From contig JBCNVM010000008.1 in assembly GCA_039630085.1 (NCBI GenBank), forward strand, positions 1 through 64,000: a stretch of 64,000 nucleotides of DNA. Direction: 5' to 3'. The position numbers and the translations under genes are program-made. The stretch's first letter is position 1; each line of letters starts with the position of its first letter. The notes beneath the pieces were generated by a model. The model had not been told where the DNA came from, ran no database searches, and was given only the letters and a program-made list of their open reading frames with translations. Shown here one piece after another: positions 1 to 9,203 of the stretch. The DNA is from Candidatus Caldarchaeales archaeon (GTDB taxonomy: Archaea > Thermoproteota > Nitrososphaeria_A > Caldarchaeales > Calditenuaceae).

Positions 1-251
1 AACCCGGAATCGTCGACGTGCCTGACGATCATCGCGACCTCGTCCATGTGGGCGACCAGCATCACCCTCGGACCCCTACCGGACCTCACCTTCACGAAGA
101 GGTTCCCTAAGTTGTCCCTCCAGCTCCTCTCCGCCGGCCCCAATATCATCGACCCGAGCCTACCAACGACGTCCTCCTCCCACGCAGGCGGTCCGTACGC
201 GTTGGCCAGCTCCCTCAGCGTCTCCAGAAGGGCCTCGTCGAACGCGCTCAC
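1..251 (-). CDS. M42 family (TET-like) aminopeptidase, N-terminal part; runs off the window
   Basis: Manual translation: MSAFDEALLETLRELANAYGPPAWEEDV...DNLGNLFVKVRSGRGPRVMLVAHMDEVAMIVRHVDDSG; the AHMDE motif is typical of M42. Absent from the ORF track; in-frame ATG at 275 is an alternative start. Confidence 0.8.
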   Translation of the reverse strand, partial: MSAFDEALLETLRELANAYGPPAWEEDVVGRLGSMILGPAERSWRDNLGNLFVKVRSGRGPRVMLVAHMDEVAMIVRHVDDSG

Positions 252-358
252 GGCCGACTCCTCGCCCGGTCGCATTTAAGTGCTCAAAGGATACGCGGCC
301 GACTTCCGAAGGCAGCGGCGTGCAAAATTTTTCGGGAGCTCAGGAGGCGTGGGGCCGG

Positions 359-1129
359 ATGCCGCTCTCGGTCGTGAAGATAGGGGGGTCGGTCCTGACC
401 GACAAGAGGGCCGGGAGCTCCGAGCTGAGGGAGCAGCTCCTGAGGGAGACCGCGAGGCTCCTGAGGGGGCAGGTCAGGGACGGCCTGATCCTGGTCCACG
501 GAGGCGGCCACGAGGTCCACAGGACCGCGCTGGAGGGCAGGGTCAGGCTCGGGAGGTCGGGCGGAACGGTCGAGGGGCTCGTGAGGACCGCGCTGGTCGT
601 AAGGAGGTTGAACCAAAGGGTGACGGAGGTCCTCGCGGAGGAGGGGATGCCGGCCTTCTCGGTCCCAGCCTCTGTTACCTTCAGGACTTCCGGTGGGAAG
701 ATTAGGTCGGTCAACCTCGAGCCCTTCCTCGGGTGCCTCGAGGAGGGACTGGTCCCGGTCACGATGGGCGACGTCGTCTTCGACAGGGAGCTGGGCTTCA
801 CGGTCCTCTCGGGCGACTCGATAGCGGTCCACCTCGCGGTGAGGCTGAGGGCGAAGAGGCTGGTCTACGCGACCGACGTGGACGGGGTGCTGGTCAGGGA
901 GCCCGGCGGCGGGACGAGGGTCTCCGAGGTCCTGGACTACGAGGGCCACAGGAGGACGCAGTACGCCGAGGTGGGCGACGCGACCGGCGGGATGGCGACG
1001 AAGGTCGAGGAGGCCTTCGAGGCGGTCGAGGCGGGCGTCGAGGTAGTGATCGTGAACGGGCTCTTCCCCGAGCGTGTCGCGAACGCGGTCCTCGGGCTTC
1101 CGGTCCTCGGGACCAGGCTGGTCCGCTGA
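359..1129 (+). CDS. ipk: Isopentenyl phosphate kinase (amino acid kinase family)
   Basis: VVKIGGSVLTDK, LVHGGG, SGD, TDVDGV, DATGGMATK motifs; start moved to ATG 359. Confidence 0.8.
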   Translation: MPLSVVKIGGSVLTDKRAGSSELREQLLRETARLLRGQVRDGLILVHGGGHEVHRTALEGRVRLGRSGGTVEGLVRTALVVRRLNQRVTEVLAEEGMPAFSVPASVTFRTSGGKIRSVNLEPFLGCLEEGLVPVTMGDVVFDRELGFTVLSGDSIAVHLAVRLRAKRLVYATDVDGVLVREPGGGTRVSEVLDYEGHRRTQYAEVGDATGGMATKVEEAFEAVEAGVEVVIVNGLFPERVANAVLGLPVLGTRLVR

Positions 1130-1130
1130 G

Positions 1131-1226
1131 CTATCCGACCTTGGTCTGACACCTGTCGCAGACCCTCTTCCCCTTCACCATGAAGAGCTTCTCGGTCTTC
1201 CTGCCGCAGAGCTCGCACCTAGGCAA
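1131..1226 (-). CDS. 31-aa zinc-finger microprotein (CxxC-x15-CxxC)
   Basis: TTG-start ORF MPRCELCGRKTEKLFMVKGKRVCDRCQTKVG*, preceded by SD-like GGGAGGTGG; codon style matches the genome; below the ORF-track cutoff. Confidence 0.7.
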   Translation of the reverse strand: MPRCELCGRKTEKLFMVKGKRVCDRCQTKVG

Positions 1227-1436
1227 CCTTGACCACCTCCCGGCGGGACCGTCCGCCGACCGAATTCAAATACGCAGCGGGATCCCGAGGCCCGCGTCGG
1301 TGGCGCTGATGATCCCTCCGCCGGCTCGGCCCCTAGCTCCCGTCCCGCAGGTCACCGACCGACTTTGAATCAGCGACGCGGTGACGACCCGAGAGGCGGC
1401 GGTCCGAAGCCTCCCCCGCGGCACCTGGCGGCCCGC

Positions 1437-2678
1437 TCACCTCGCGAGGACCTCGAGGCCGGGCATCGGCTCGCCGGACAGGTAGGAGATCAGGGCTCCT
1501 CCGCCGAGGCTCACGAAGGTGAAGTCGCTAGGCCTGAAGCCGAGCATCTCGATCGCCGTCACCGAGTCGCCTCCGCCGATGAACGTCGACGCCTTCGTCT
1601 TGGTGAGGGCCGAGTAGACCGCCCGCGTCCCGGCCCTGAACTCGGGCCTCTCGTAGACGCCCATGGGCCCCTTCACTACTACCGTCGTGCCCCCCTCGAG
1701 CCCCTCGATGAGCCCGGAGTAGCGCCCGATCGTCCTCGAACCGATGTCGAGGATCTCGCCCGGAGAAGGAAGCCCCTCGAGGGAGACTTCGGCCCTCGAG
1801 CCCCCTCGACCGGCGTAGGCGAAGTCCTCCGGGACGTGCACTCGGTCCCCGATCCTCTCGTCGATCTCGGAGACCTTCGGGAGGAGGTCCGCGTGCCCCT
1901 TCTTGACGAGGAAGCCCTCGCTGGGCGCCCCGAGGTCGTAACCCCGGGACTTCGCGAAGAGCTGACCCAGGACGCCCCCCGTGAGGACGGCCCGCACCGA
2001 CTCCGGCCTCTCGCCTATGAACCGCTCAAGAACGTTCGTGCATTCCCTGGGCTTGTTCCCCCCGAGGACGAAGACCACGTCCCTGGTCGCGAGTATCAGG
2101 TCGTTGAGGGCCGAGAGCTCCCTCTCCATCACCCTGCCGGCGTAGGTCGGGAGGAGCGCCGCGAGTCCGACCACCGATGCGTGGCCCCTGTGGGCGACGG
2201 AGAAGGCGTCCAGGACGAAGGCGTCGAGGTGGGGTGCGAGGGCCCTCGGGAGCGAGCTCCTCGCGTGCTCCTCCGGGCTTTTCTCGACGTCCTCGTCCTC
2301 GAGCTTCCTCACGTTGTCGAGCAGCACCGCCTCGCCGCTCGAGAGTCCCTTGACCGCGCTCACCGCCTCCGCGCCCGAGACGTCCGGGACGAACTTCACC
2401 CTCGAGCCGACGAGGCCGGAGAGCAGCTCCGCGTGCTGGCTGAGGTCCGTGAAGTCCGGGTCCCCCCTCCTCCCCTGATGGGCCAGGAGGACGAGCTTCC
2501 CGCCTCTGTCGAGGAGCTCCCTGACCGTCCTCGCGTGCGCCCTGAACCGCTCGTTGAGCATAACCCGCCCGGTCTCGGGGTCGATGGAGGAGTTGAGGTC
2601 GACCCTCACCGCGATCCGCTTGCCGGCCGCGTCCAGCTCGTCGATCGTCCTGAACCTTATCCTACCTGGTCCTGGCAC
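1437..2678 (-). CDS. pgk: Phosphoglycerate kinase
   Basis: VRVDLNS, AHQGR, DAFSVAHR, LGGNK, GPMGVYE, GGGDS, SLGGGA motifs. Confidence 0.95.
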   Translation of the reverse strand: MPGPGRIRFRTIDELDAAGKRIAVRVDLNSSIDPETGRVMLNERFRAHARTVRELLDRGGKLVLLAHQGRRGDPDFTDLSQHAELLSGLVGSRVKFVPDVSGAEAVSAVKGLSSGEAVLLDNVRKLEDEDVEKSPEEHARSSLPRALAPHLDAFVLDAFSVAHRGHASVVGLAALLPTYAGRVMERELSALNDLILATRDVVFVLGGNKPRECTNVLERFIGERPESVRAVLTGGVLGQLFAKSRGYDLGAPSEGFLVKKGHADLLPKVSEIDERIGDRVHVPEDFAYAGRGGSRAEVSLEGLPSPGEILDIGSRTIGRYSGLIEGLEGGTTVVVKGPMGVYERPEFRAGTRAVYSALTKTKASTFIGGGDSVTAIEMLGFRPSDFTFVSLGGGALISYLSGEPMPGLEVLAR

Positions 2679-3699
2679 GACCTGACACCATCAGGACCAG
2701 GTCGACCAGCCTGTTGCTGTACCCCCACTCGTTGTCGTACCACCCGAAGACCTTGACGAAGTCGCTCCTCTCCCCGAGGACGAGCGTCTGGGTCGCGTCG
2801 AAGACGCAGGAGTGCGGGTTCCCTATGACGTCCGCGGAGACTATCGGGTCCTCTGTGTACTCGAGGATCCCCTTCATCCTTCCGTTCGCCTCCTCCCTGA
2901 AAGCGGCGTTCACCTCCTCGATCGTTACCTGCTTCTCGAGGACGGCCGCGAGGTCCGTGATCGAACCGTCAGCCACCGGGACCCTCATCGCGACGCCGTG
3001 GAGCTTCCCCTTCACCTCGGGTATCACTTGGTGGAGCGCGACGGCGGCGCCGGTCGTCGTGGGGATGATGGAGAGGGAGGCCGCCCTCGCCCGCCTGAGG
3101 TCCCTGTGGACCAAGTCAAGGAGGCGCTGGTCGTTCGTGTAGGCGTGGACGGTGGTCATCAGCCCCTTCACCAGCCCGAAGTGGTCGAGGAGGACCTTCA
3201 CCATCGGGGCGAGGCAGTTAGTCGTGCAGGAGGCGCCCGAGATCACGACGTGCCTCGACGGGTCGAGGGCTCCGTCGTTGACGCCGGGCACCACGGTCAC
3301 GTCCGCGTCGCTCGAGGGCGCGGAGATGATCACCTTCTTCACGCCCCGCTCGAGGTGGCCCGCGGCGTCCTTCCTCTTCGTGAAGAGGCCGGTCGACTCG
3401 ATGACGACGTCGACGTCGGCCCTGTCCCAGGGGATCTCGGTGGGCTTCGGGACGCTGAAGTAAGCGAACTCCCTATCCCCGATCCTTATCGCCCCGTCCC
3501 CGACGACCTTCACCTCCTCGGCCATCCTCCTGTGGACCGAGTCGTACCTGATCAGGTACGCGGTCGCCTTCGCGTCGGCCACGTCGTTAAACGCGACGAC
3601 CTCGAATTCCTTCCCGTGGAGCGGGCTCATGAGGGCCGCGCGGAGGAAGAGCCTCCCGATCCTCCCCATCCCGTTTACTCCGACTCTGACAGTCTTCAT
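2662..3699 (-). CDS. gap: Glyceraldehyde-3-phosphate dehydrogenase, class I (bacterial/eukaryotic type)
   Basis: GVNGMGRIGR, ESTGLF, ASCTTNCLAP, TTVHAYTNDQ, PTTTGAA, WYDNEWGYSNR. Confidence 0.95.
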   Translation of the reverse strand: MKTVRVGVNGMGRIGRLFLRAALMSPLHGKEFEVVAFNDVADAKATAYLIRYDSVHRRMAEEVKVVGDGAIRIGDREFAYFSVPKPTEIPWDRADVDVVIESTGLFTKRKDAAGHLERGVKKVIISAPSSDADVTVVPGVNDGALDPSRHVVISGASCTTNCLAPMVKVLLDHFGLVKGLMTTVHAYTNDQRLLDLVHRDLRRARAASLSIIPTTTGAAVALHQVIPEVKGKLHGVAMRVPVADGSITDLAAVLEKQVTIEEVNAAFREEANGRMKGILEYTEDPIVSADVIGNPHSCVFDATQTLVLGERSDFVKVFGWYDNEWGYSNRLVDLVLMVSGRARTR

Positions 3700-3797
3700 G
3701 GCTTGCCGAGCGCTCTTAAAAATATGAACGTTGCGCGGCGAGGTCTTCAGGGATCACGTCTCCAGAAGTCTTATCCGGATGAGAGCCGGTTCGAGGC

Positions 3798-4523
3798 GTG
3801 GCCGTCGGACGGGTCGGGCTGATAGCGCGCTACCCGCTGCTGGGTTGCGGCGGCGAGGAGCTCCCGGCGGCGAGGTTCGCGGAGACGGGCGTCGAGGGCG
3901 ACAGGGCCTTCGCGCTGGTCGAGGTGGATACGGGTCTGGTCCTCGAGCCCGTGGGAAGGACCTACAGCTGGGGCAGGACCGCTTCCGAGCCGAGGCTCCT
4001 CTTCATAGCCGCGAGGCTCCGCGGAGGGGAGCTCGAGGTGGAGCTGCCCGACGGGTCGACGGCCTCCGGGGAAGACGCGGGCGCAGTCCTGTCCGGGTTC
4101 CTCGGGAGGGACGTGAAGGTGGTGAGGGCGCCGTGGCTGATGAGGTCCAGGGCCTCCGCGGGGAGGGCGGTCCACCTGCTCACGGACAGGAGCGTCGAGT
4201 CGCTCAGGTCGAAGAGGAAGGACACCGACTTCAGGTTCGCGAGGTTCAGGCCGAACGTCCTCGTGGTTGTCGACGGCGACGCTCCCGAGTTCCCCGAGGA
4301 CCTCTGGGTCGGGAGGAGGCTGGCCCTCGGGAGCGGGGCCCTGCTTAGGGTCGAGTCGAGGAATCCACGGTGCGAGGTGACGACGCTGCCGCAGCGCTTC
4401 GCCCCGAGGGATCCCGGCGTCCTCGAGGCCGTCTCGGAGCTCAACGGCGGCTGCCTGGGCTTGATGTGCTCGGTCCTCAGGGAGGGAACGGCCTCGGTCG
4501 GAGACCGGGTAGACCTGATCTGA
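3798..4523 (+). CDS. MOSC domain protein
   Basis: RYPL...GDRAFAL N-terminal barrel; RFRPNVLV, RCEVTT, GTASVGD. Confidence 0.85.
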   Translation: MAVGRVGLIARYPLLGCGGEELPAARFAETGVEGDRAFALVEVDTGLVLEPVGRTYSWGRTASEPRLLFIAARLRGGELEVELPDGSTASGEDAGAVLSGFLGRDVKVVRAPWLMRSRASAGRAVHLLTDRSVESLRSKRKDTDFRFARFRPNVLVVVDGDAPEFPEDLWVGRRLALGSGALLRVESRNPRCEVTTLPQRFAPRDPGVLEAVSELNGGCLGLMCSVLREGTASVGDRVDLI

Positions 4524-4587
4524 GCGTCAGATCGGGCATCTCACCTCATCCCCTCCGGTCGGAAATACCCGCTCTCCTCATCCTCGC
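4524..4587 (-). ncRNA. Candidate C/D-box methylation guide sRNA
   Basis: Minus strand reads gcg-AGGATGA-15 nt-CCGA-ccggag-GGGATGA-15 nt-CTGA-cgc: C, D', C', D boxes with equal guide lengths and a 3-bp terminal stem, in an intergenic gap. Confidence 0.6.
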
Positions 4588-4673
4588 CAGTACCTCGATG
4601 GGCCCGAAATTTCACCGTTACACTCTCATTACGGATTAATATCCCGGCGGGGAGGGGATCGGCAGGTGCAGCG

Positions 4674-5348
4674 ATGGTCGATCTCGTCGCGGACAGGGAG
4701 TTCGTGGTGCCCGGCCAGCCCCTCTCGGACGAGGCGAACAGGGCCGGGAAGCACACGTACGTCCAGGGAGGGAAGGTCTACTCGGCAGTCCCCGGGATCG
4801 CGAGGGTCGTCGGCCAGAGGATCGACGTGATCCCCGCGAGGGGTCCCTACAAGCCCCGCGAGGGCGACAGGGTCGTCGGGATAGTGGTGGACGTCAAGCC
4901 GAGCCACTACGAGCTGGACTTGGGATGGGGCATCTTGGGGATACTGAGGGCGAAGCAGAGGAAGGGAGGGTCGAGGCAGGCCCTCGCGATCGGCGACGTA
5001 GTCTACGCCTCGATAGGGTTCGCGGGAGTCAAGGGCGTGATGCTCAGGTCCGGGAAGGAAGTGGTCAAGGTCCAAAGGGGGATACTGGTGAGGACTTCGC
5101 CCGCGAGGGTTCCGAGGCTCGTCGTCAGGAACAGGGAGCTCCAGGAGACGATCGAGAGGGAGACCGGGTGTAAGCTCTTCGTCGGCCTCAACGGACTGAT
5201 CGCGGTCGTCGGCCAGTCGTCGGTGAAGGAGTACGCCGCCGTCGCGGCGATAAACTTAGTAGAGAGGGAGCCGAGGCTGGAGGGATTGAAGGAGAAGGTG
5301 ACGGGGCTGATCAGGAAGCACCTCTGGGAGGAGGGGAGCGCCCAGTGA
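4674..5348 (+). CDS. rrp4: Exosome RNA-binding subunit Rrp4
   Basis: [20 protein letters not shown]1 domain, KH-like C-terminus; first gene of rrp4-41-42. Confidence 0.85.
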   Translation: MVDLVADREFVVPGQPLSDEANRAGKHTYVQGGKVYSAVPGIARVVGQRIDVIPARGPYKPREGDRVVGIVVDVKPSHYELDLGWGILGILRAKQRKGGSRQALAIGDVVYASIGFAGVKGVMLRSGKEVVKVQRGILVRTSPARVPRLVVRNRELQETIERETGCKLFVGLNGLIAVVGQSSVKEYAAVAAINLVEREPRLEGLKEKVTGLIRKHLWEEGSAQ

Positions 5349-6076
5349 CCAGCGAGCTGGCCCTGATCAGGGAGGACGGGACCAGGATTGACGGACGGAG
5401 GCCCGACGAGATGAGGCCGGTCTACATGGAGGCCGGCGTCCTCGAGAACGCCGAGGGCTCCGCTTACATCCAGATGGGCAAGACGAAGATCTACGCGGCG
5501 GTCTTCGGGCCGAGGGAAGCACACCCGAGGCACCTGGCCCAGCCCCACAGGGCGATCGTCCAGTGCAGATACCACATGGCGTCCTTCAGCGTCACCGAGC
5601 GGAAGTCGCCGGGGATGACGAGGAGGGAGCACGAGCTCTCTAAGGTGATCAAGGAGGCGCTGGAGAGCGTCGTCTTCCTCGAGGAGTACCCGAGGTCGGT
5701 GATCGACGTCTTCGTGGAGGTGATCCAGGCCGACGCGGGGACCAGGACCGCCGGTCTCACCGCTGCCTCCCTGGCCTTGGCCGACGCGGGGATACCGATG
5801 GCCGACCTGATCGCGGGCGTCGCGGTCGGAAAGGTCGCGGGGAGACTGGTGCTGGACCTGAGCGAGGACGAGGACAAGCACTGCGAGGCCGACATGCCGG
5901 TCGCGATGGCTCCTGCCCTGAACTCGATCGTGCTCCTCCAGCTCAACGGCAGGCTCACGAGTGAAGAGCTGAGGGAGGCGCTGCAGCTGGCGAGGAAGGG
6001 GACCGAGGTGCTCTACGACCTCCAGAAAAAGGCCCTGAAGAAGAGGTTCGCGTCCTACGGGGAGGTCCCGGAGTGA
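5345..6076 (+). CDS. rrp41: Exosome catalytic subunit Rrp41
   Basis: [26 protein letters not shown], RNase PH fold. Confidence 0.95.
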   Translation: MTSELALIREDGTRIDGRRPDEMRPVYMEAGVLENAEGSAYIQMGKTKIYAAVFGPREAHPRHLAQPHRAIVQCRYHMASFSVTERKSPGMTRREHELSKVIKEALESVVFLEEYPRSVIDVFVEVIQADAGTRTAGLTAASLALADAGIPMADLIAGVAVGKVAGRLVLDLSEDEDKHCEADMPVAMAPALNSIVLLQLNGRLTSEELREALQLARKGTEVLYDLQKKALKKRFASYGEVPE

Positions 6077-6077
6077 G

Positions 6078-6923
6078 TTGTACAGGCTGGGGGAGAAGCC
6101 CTATCCCACTCAAATCGTCCAGCAGAAGCTCTACGAGCTGATCTCGGCCGGCCGCAGGATCGACGGCAGGGCCCCGCACCAGCAGAGGCCCGTGAAGGTC
6201 GAGGTCGACGTCGTCCAGAAGGCCGAAGGCTCCGCGATGGTCTCGATGGGAGGGACGAAGGTGATCGCGGGCGTGAAGTTCGACTTGGGGTCGCCGTACC
6301 CCGACACGCCCGACAAGGGGAACCTGACCGTGAACGCGGAGCTGCTCCCGCTCGCGTCCGCCTCCTTCGAGCCCGGTCCTCCCGACGAGAGGGCGATCGA
6401 GCTCTCTAGGTTCGTCGACAGGTGCCTCAGGGAGTCCCAGGCCCTGAGGCTGGACCAGCTGACCTTCGTCCCCGGCCAGAAGGTCGGCGTGGTCTACGTC
6501 GACGTCTACGTCCTGGACTACGACGGCAACTACTTCACCCCCGCGGTCCTCGCGGCGACCGCGGCCGTCGCGACCGCCCGGGTCCCGAAGTACGAGGTCA
6601 GGAACGGCGTCCTGACGAAGGTGGAGGGCGAGAGGGTCGCGCTCCCGGTGGTGAAGCTCCCGACCGCGGTCACGATGGGCGTCCTGAGGGAGAGGGTGAT
6701 CGTGGACCCGAACGCGATCGAGGAGGCGGCGCTGGAGACCTCGGTCGTGATGGGCTGGGGGACCGACGACGAGCTCGCGGCGATCCAGAAGAACACTCCG
6801 GGCCTCCTCCCCGTCGAGGTCTTCGAGGAGATCGTAGAGGTCTCGAGGAACGTGGCCTCGAAGCTGAGGAAAACGCTGAGGGAGTCGATCGGCGAGAGGT
6901 GGTCGGAACCGGCGTCCGGGTAG
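6078..6923 (+). CDS. rrp42: Exosome subunit Rrp42
   Basis: RIDGR, PYPDTPDKG, FEPGPPDE, VLDYDGN. Confidence 0.95.
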   Translation: MYRLGEKPYPTQIVQQKLYELISAGRRIDGRAPHQQRPVKVEVDVVQKAEGSAMVSMGGTKVIAGVKFDLGSPYPDTPDKGNLTVNAELLPLASASFEPGPPDERAIELSRFVDRCLRESQALRLDQLTFVPGQKVGVVYVDVYVLDYDGNYFTPAVLAATAAVATARVPKYEVRNGVLTKVEGERVALPVVKLPTAVTMGVLRERVIVDPNAIEEAALETSVVMGWGTDDELAAIQKNTPGLLPVEVFEEIVEVSRNVASKLRKTLRESIGERWSEPASG

Positions 6924-6924
6924 C

Positions 6925-7485
6925 TCAGGCTGGAGCCGTCTCGAGGGTCCACCTGAGCGCGCTGATGATCTCCCTGAGCCTCGCCTCGTTCCTGTAGTTC
7001 CTAACCTCGATCTCCTTCACCAGGTCGCCCTCGTAGGTCACCTCGTAGGAGAAGGCCTGGTCCTGGTCGAGGTAGCCCTTGCCGACCATCTCCTGGTCCT
7101 GCGCGACGAACCCGTCGAGGACCTTCCTCAGCAGGAAGGAGGAGAAGGGCCTGTGGTCCCTCGTGAGCTGGACTTCCGGGCTCAGGACGAACCTCGCCTC
7201 GCTCGCGGTGTAGGTCACGGTGGCCAGCGTCTTCCCGGACCTGCTCCTGACGGTCCTCAGGGTCGGCCTCTCCTCCGCCTCGGGCGCCGGCTGCTGCTCC
7301 GCGGCCCTCCTCGCTACCAGCATGTCGGCCCTCTTGAAGCTCGACTTCGCGAGGGCCTCGTCGACGAACCTCACCATCGCCTTCAGCCTCTCGAGCTCCG
7401 ACTGGAGCTCCGATATCCTCCTCTCGAGCCAGGCCTTCAGCTCGGCGAGCTCCTGGGCCCTCTCTCCCTCCTCTGAGTAATCCAT
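6925..7485 (-). CDS. Hypothetical protein: N-terminal coiled coil plus alpha/beta C-terminal domain; last gene of the ubiquitin operon
   Basis: ATG 7 nt after the E1 stop; heptad-rich N-terminus; no cysteines. Confidence 0.75.
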   Translation of the reverse strand: MDYSEEGERAQELAELKAWLERRISELQSELERLKAMVRFVDEALAKSSFKRADMLVARRAAEQQPAPEAEERPTLRTVRSRSGKTLATVTYTASEARFVLSPEVQLTRDHRPFSSFLLRKVLDGFVAQDQEMVGKGYLDQDQAFSYEVTYEGDLVKEIEVRNYRNEARLREIISALRWTLETAPA

Positions 7486-7492
7486 AGGCCTC

Positions 7493-8704
7493 TCACTCGG
7501 GCCCGTTGCCCGCCGGGGGATATGGGTCTTTCGACCCGACCCGCTCGGCGGCGATCAGCTTGAGCGGGAGCGGCGAGTAGCGCCTGGAGGTCACGACGTA
7601 GACGATGGCCGAGCCCCTCTCGCCGAGGACCTCCGAGAGCCGCTCCTCGTCCTGGAGGACCCTGGTCCCGAAGAGGACCTCGACGTCGGGGAAGCCGAAC
7701 CTCTCCGCTATCTCCTCGCGGAGCCTCGAGACGGTGCCGTCGGGCTCGACCTCCATCACCGGCGGCGACTCGCTATCGCCGCAGACGATGCAGCCCTCGA
7801 CCCTGCGGAGCGGGACGACCGTGAACCTGCAGGACCTTGCGTCGTATACCAAAAGGCCCCTCCTCGGCCTCCCGACCTTCCCTCTGTGGACCAGCTTGAG
7901 GACCTCGGTCGAAGCTACCCCCGCGACGACCGCTGAGACGCTCTGGAGGGCTGGGAGCTTCGGCCTGAGCCTCTCCCTCAGCGAGACGATCACCGAACCG
8001 ACGACGGGATCTGCGAAGTCGGCGGGGTTGGAGTACTTGATGTCGTAGACGGTCTTGACGTTGTGGGCGAAGAGCCTCCGGGCTGTCTCGAGGGGGAGCC
8101 GTATCCCCTGATCCTCCAGCTCCCTCATCAGCTCCTCCGGGGTCCTCTTCCTGAGCGTGCACTCGGCGAGCCTCTCCTCCCGGGGTATCAGGGTCATGCT
8201 GTGGCACTCGAGGCACGCGGTCCTGAACGGCAGGACGACCTGGACGTTGCCGACCATCCCCTCCATAGCGCCGTCGACCAGGGGCTTCGAGAGCGAGACC
8301 GCGACCGAGTTCAGCCACCTCCTTATCCCCCAGCTGTCGAGGCAGGAGCAGATGACGTCGGCCTCCGCGAAGACCTCCTCCCTCAGGTCCCTGAGGTCCG
8401 AGTGGTAGGCTTCGACCCGCACGTGCGGGTTCAGGGCCCTGAGCCTCTCCGCGGCCACGATCGCCTTAGGCTTTCCGACGTCCTCCTCGAGGAAGAGCAT
8501 CTGCCTGTTGAGGTTGCTCAGCTCCACGACGTCCCTGTCCACCAGTATCAGCCTCCCGACGCCTGCTAGGGCCAGGTTCTTCGCGACCTCGCAGCCTAGG
8601 GCCCCGACGCCGGCGATGAGGACCGTCGAGCGCATCACGAGCTCCTGGTCCCAGCCCTCGATCCTCATCTGCCTGTCGTAGCGCTCCAGGTCCGGAGTTC
8701 GCAT
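7493..8704 (-). CDS. Ubiquitin-activating enzyme E1-like (ThiF domain plus C-terminal ubiquitin-fold domain)
   Basis: RYDRQ, GVGALG, DRDVVELSNLNRQ, ACLEC and GCIVC zinc motifs, likely catalytic Cys in ECTLR, beta-grasp-like C-terminus. Confidence 0.9.
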   Translation of the reverse strand: MRTPDLERYDRQMRIEGWDQELVMRSTVLIAGVGALGCEVAKNLALAGVGRLILVDRDVVELSNLNRQMLFLEEDVGKPKAIVAAERLRALNPHVRVEAYHSDLRDLREEVFAEADVICSCLDSWGIRRWLNSVAVSLSKPLVDGAMEGMVGNVQVVLPFRTACLECHSMTLIPREERLAECTLRKRTPEELMRELEDQGIRLPLETARRLFAHNVKTVYDIKYSNPADFADPVVGSVIVSLRERLRPKLPALQSVSAVVAGVASTEVLKLVHRGKVGRPRRGLLVYDARSCRFTVVPLRRVEGCIVCGDSESPPVMEVEPDGTVSRLREEIAERFGFPDVEVLFGTRVLQDEERLSEVLGERGSAIVYVVTSRRYSPLPLKLIAAERVGSKDPYPPAGNGPE

Positions 8705-8707
8705 GAA

Positions 8708-9199
8708 TCAGCCCCTGAGGACCTTCTCGGGGGTCGCGTAGAGCTCGATGTACTGCCGGACCCTCGCCTCGAACGTGTGGAAGGAGTTCTTCATCTCGTA
8801 GGCGGCCCAGGCGTTGAGGGGGTCGTCGGGGTTCGGGTTCGAGAGGAGGTTCTTCAGGGCCTCGATCACCGCGACCAGGTGTATGTTCGGGTACCAGTCC
8901 TTCGTGAGGATCGACTCGCAGATCCTCGCGGGGACCTCGTCGGTGAAGTTCGGGTGCCAGATCCTGGTGAGCCAGAGGACCCTAGGGGGAGTGTAGGGGA
9001 AGGTCCTGTCGAGGAAGACCTCGACGAGGAACATCCCGCCCTCGTAGAGCCCGGTCCCGACTATCACGCCCCTGTAGTGGGTGAGGTCCCCCCTCACCGT
9101 GTCGAAGGTCGGCTCGTAGTTCCTCACCAGCTGGTACTCCTGGGCCAGCCTCCTGTACCAGAGGTGCTCGGGGAGGAGGCCGACCTCTTCGCTGTACAA
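8708..9199 (-). CDS. Ubiquitin-conjugating enzyme E2
   Basis: GLYEGGMF, FPYTPPRV, WHPN...ICESIL..DW.P, LLSNPNPDDPLN. Confidence 0.95.
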   Translation of the reverse strand: MYSEEVGLLPEHLWYRRLAQEYQLVRNYEPTFDTVRGDLTHYRGVIVGTGLYEGGMFLVEVFLDRTFPYTPPRVLWLTRIWHPNFTDEVPARICESILTKDWYPNIHLVAVIEALKNLLSNPNPDDPLNAWAAYEMKNSFHTFEARVRQYIELYATPEKVLRG

Positions 9200-9203
9200 C
9201 CTC

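Noticed and set aside
1131-1226. Microprotein as the missing RING E3
   Set aside because: Only four Cys in 31 aa; a RING needs eight ligands.
4541-4756. 71-aa minus-strand ORF
   Set aside because: Overlaps the rrp4 start and the C/D-box candidate; no protein-like features.
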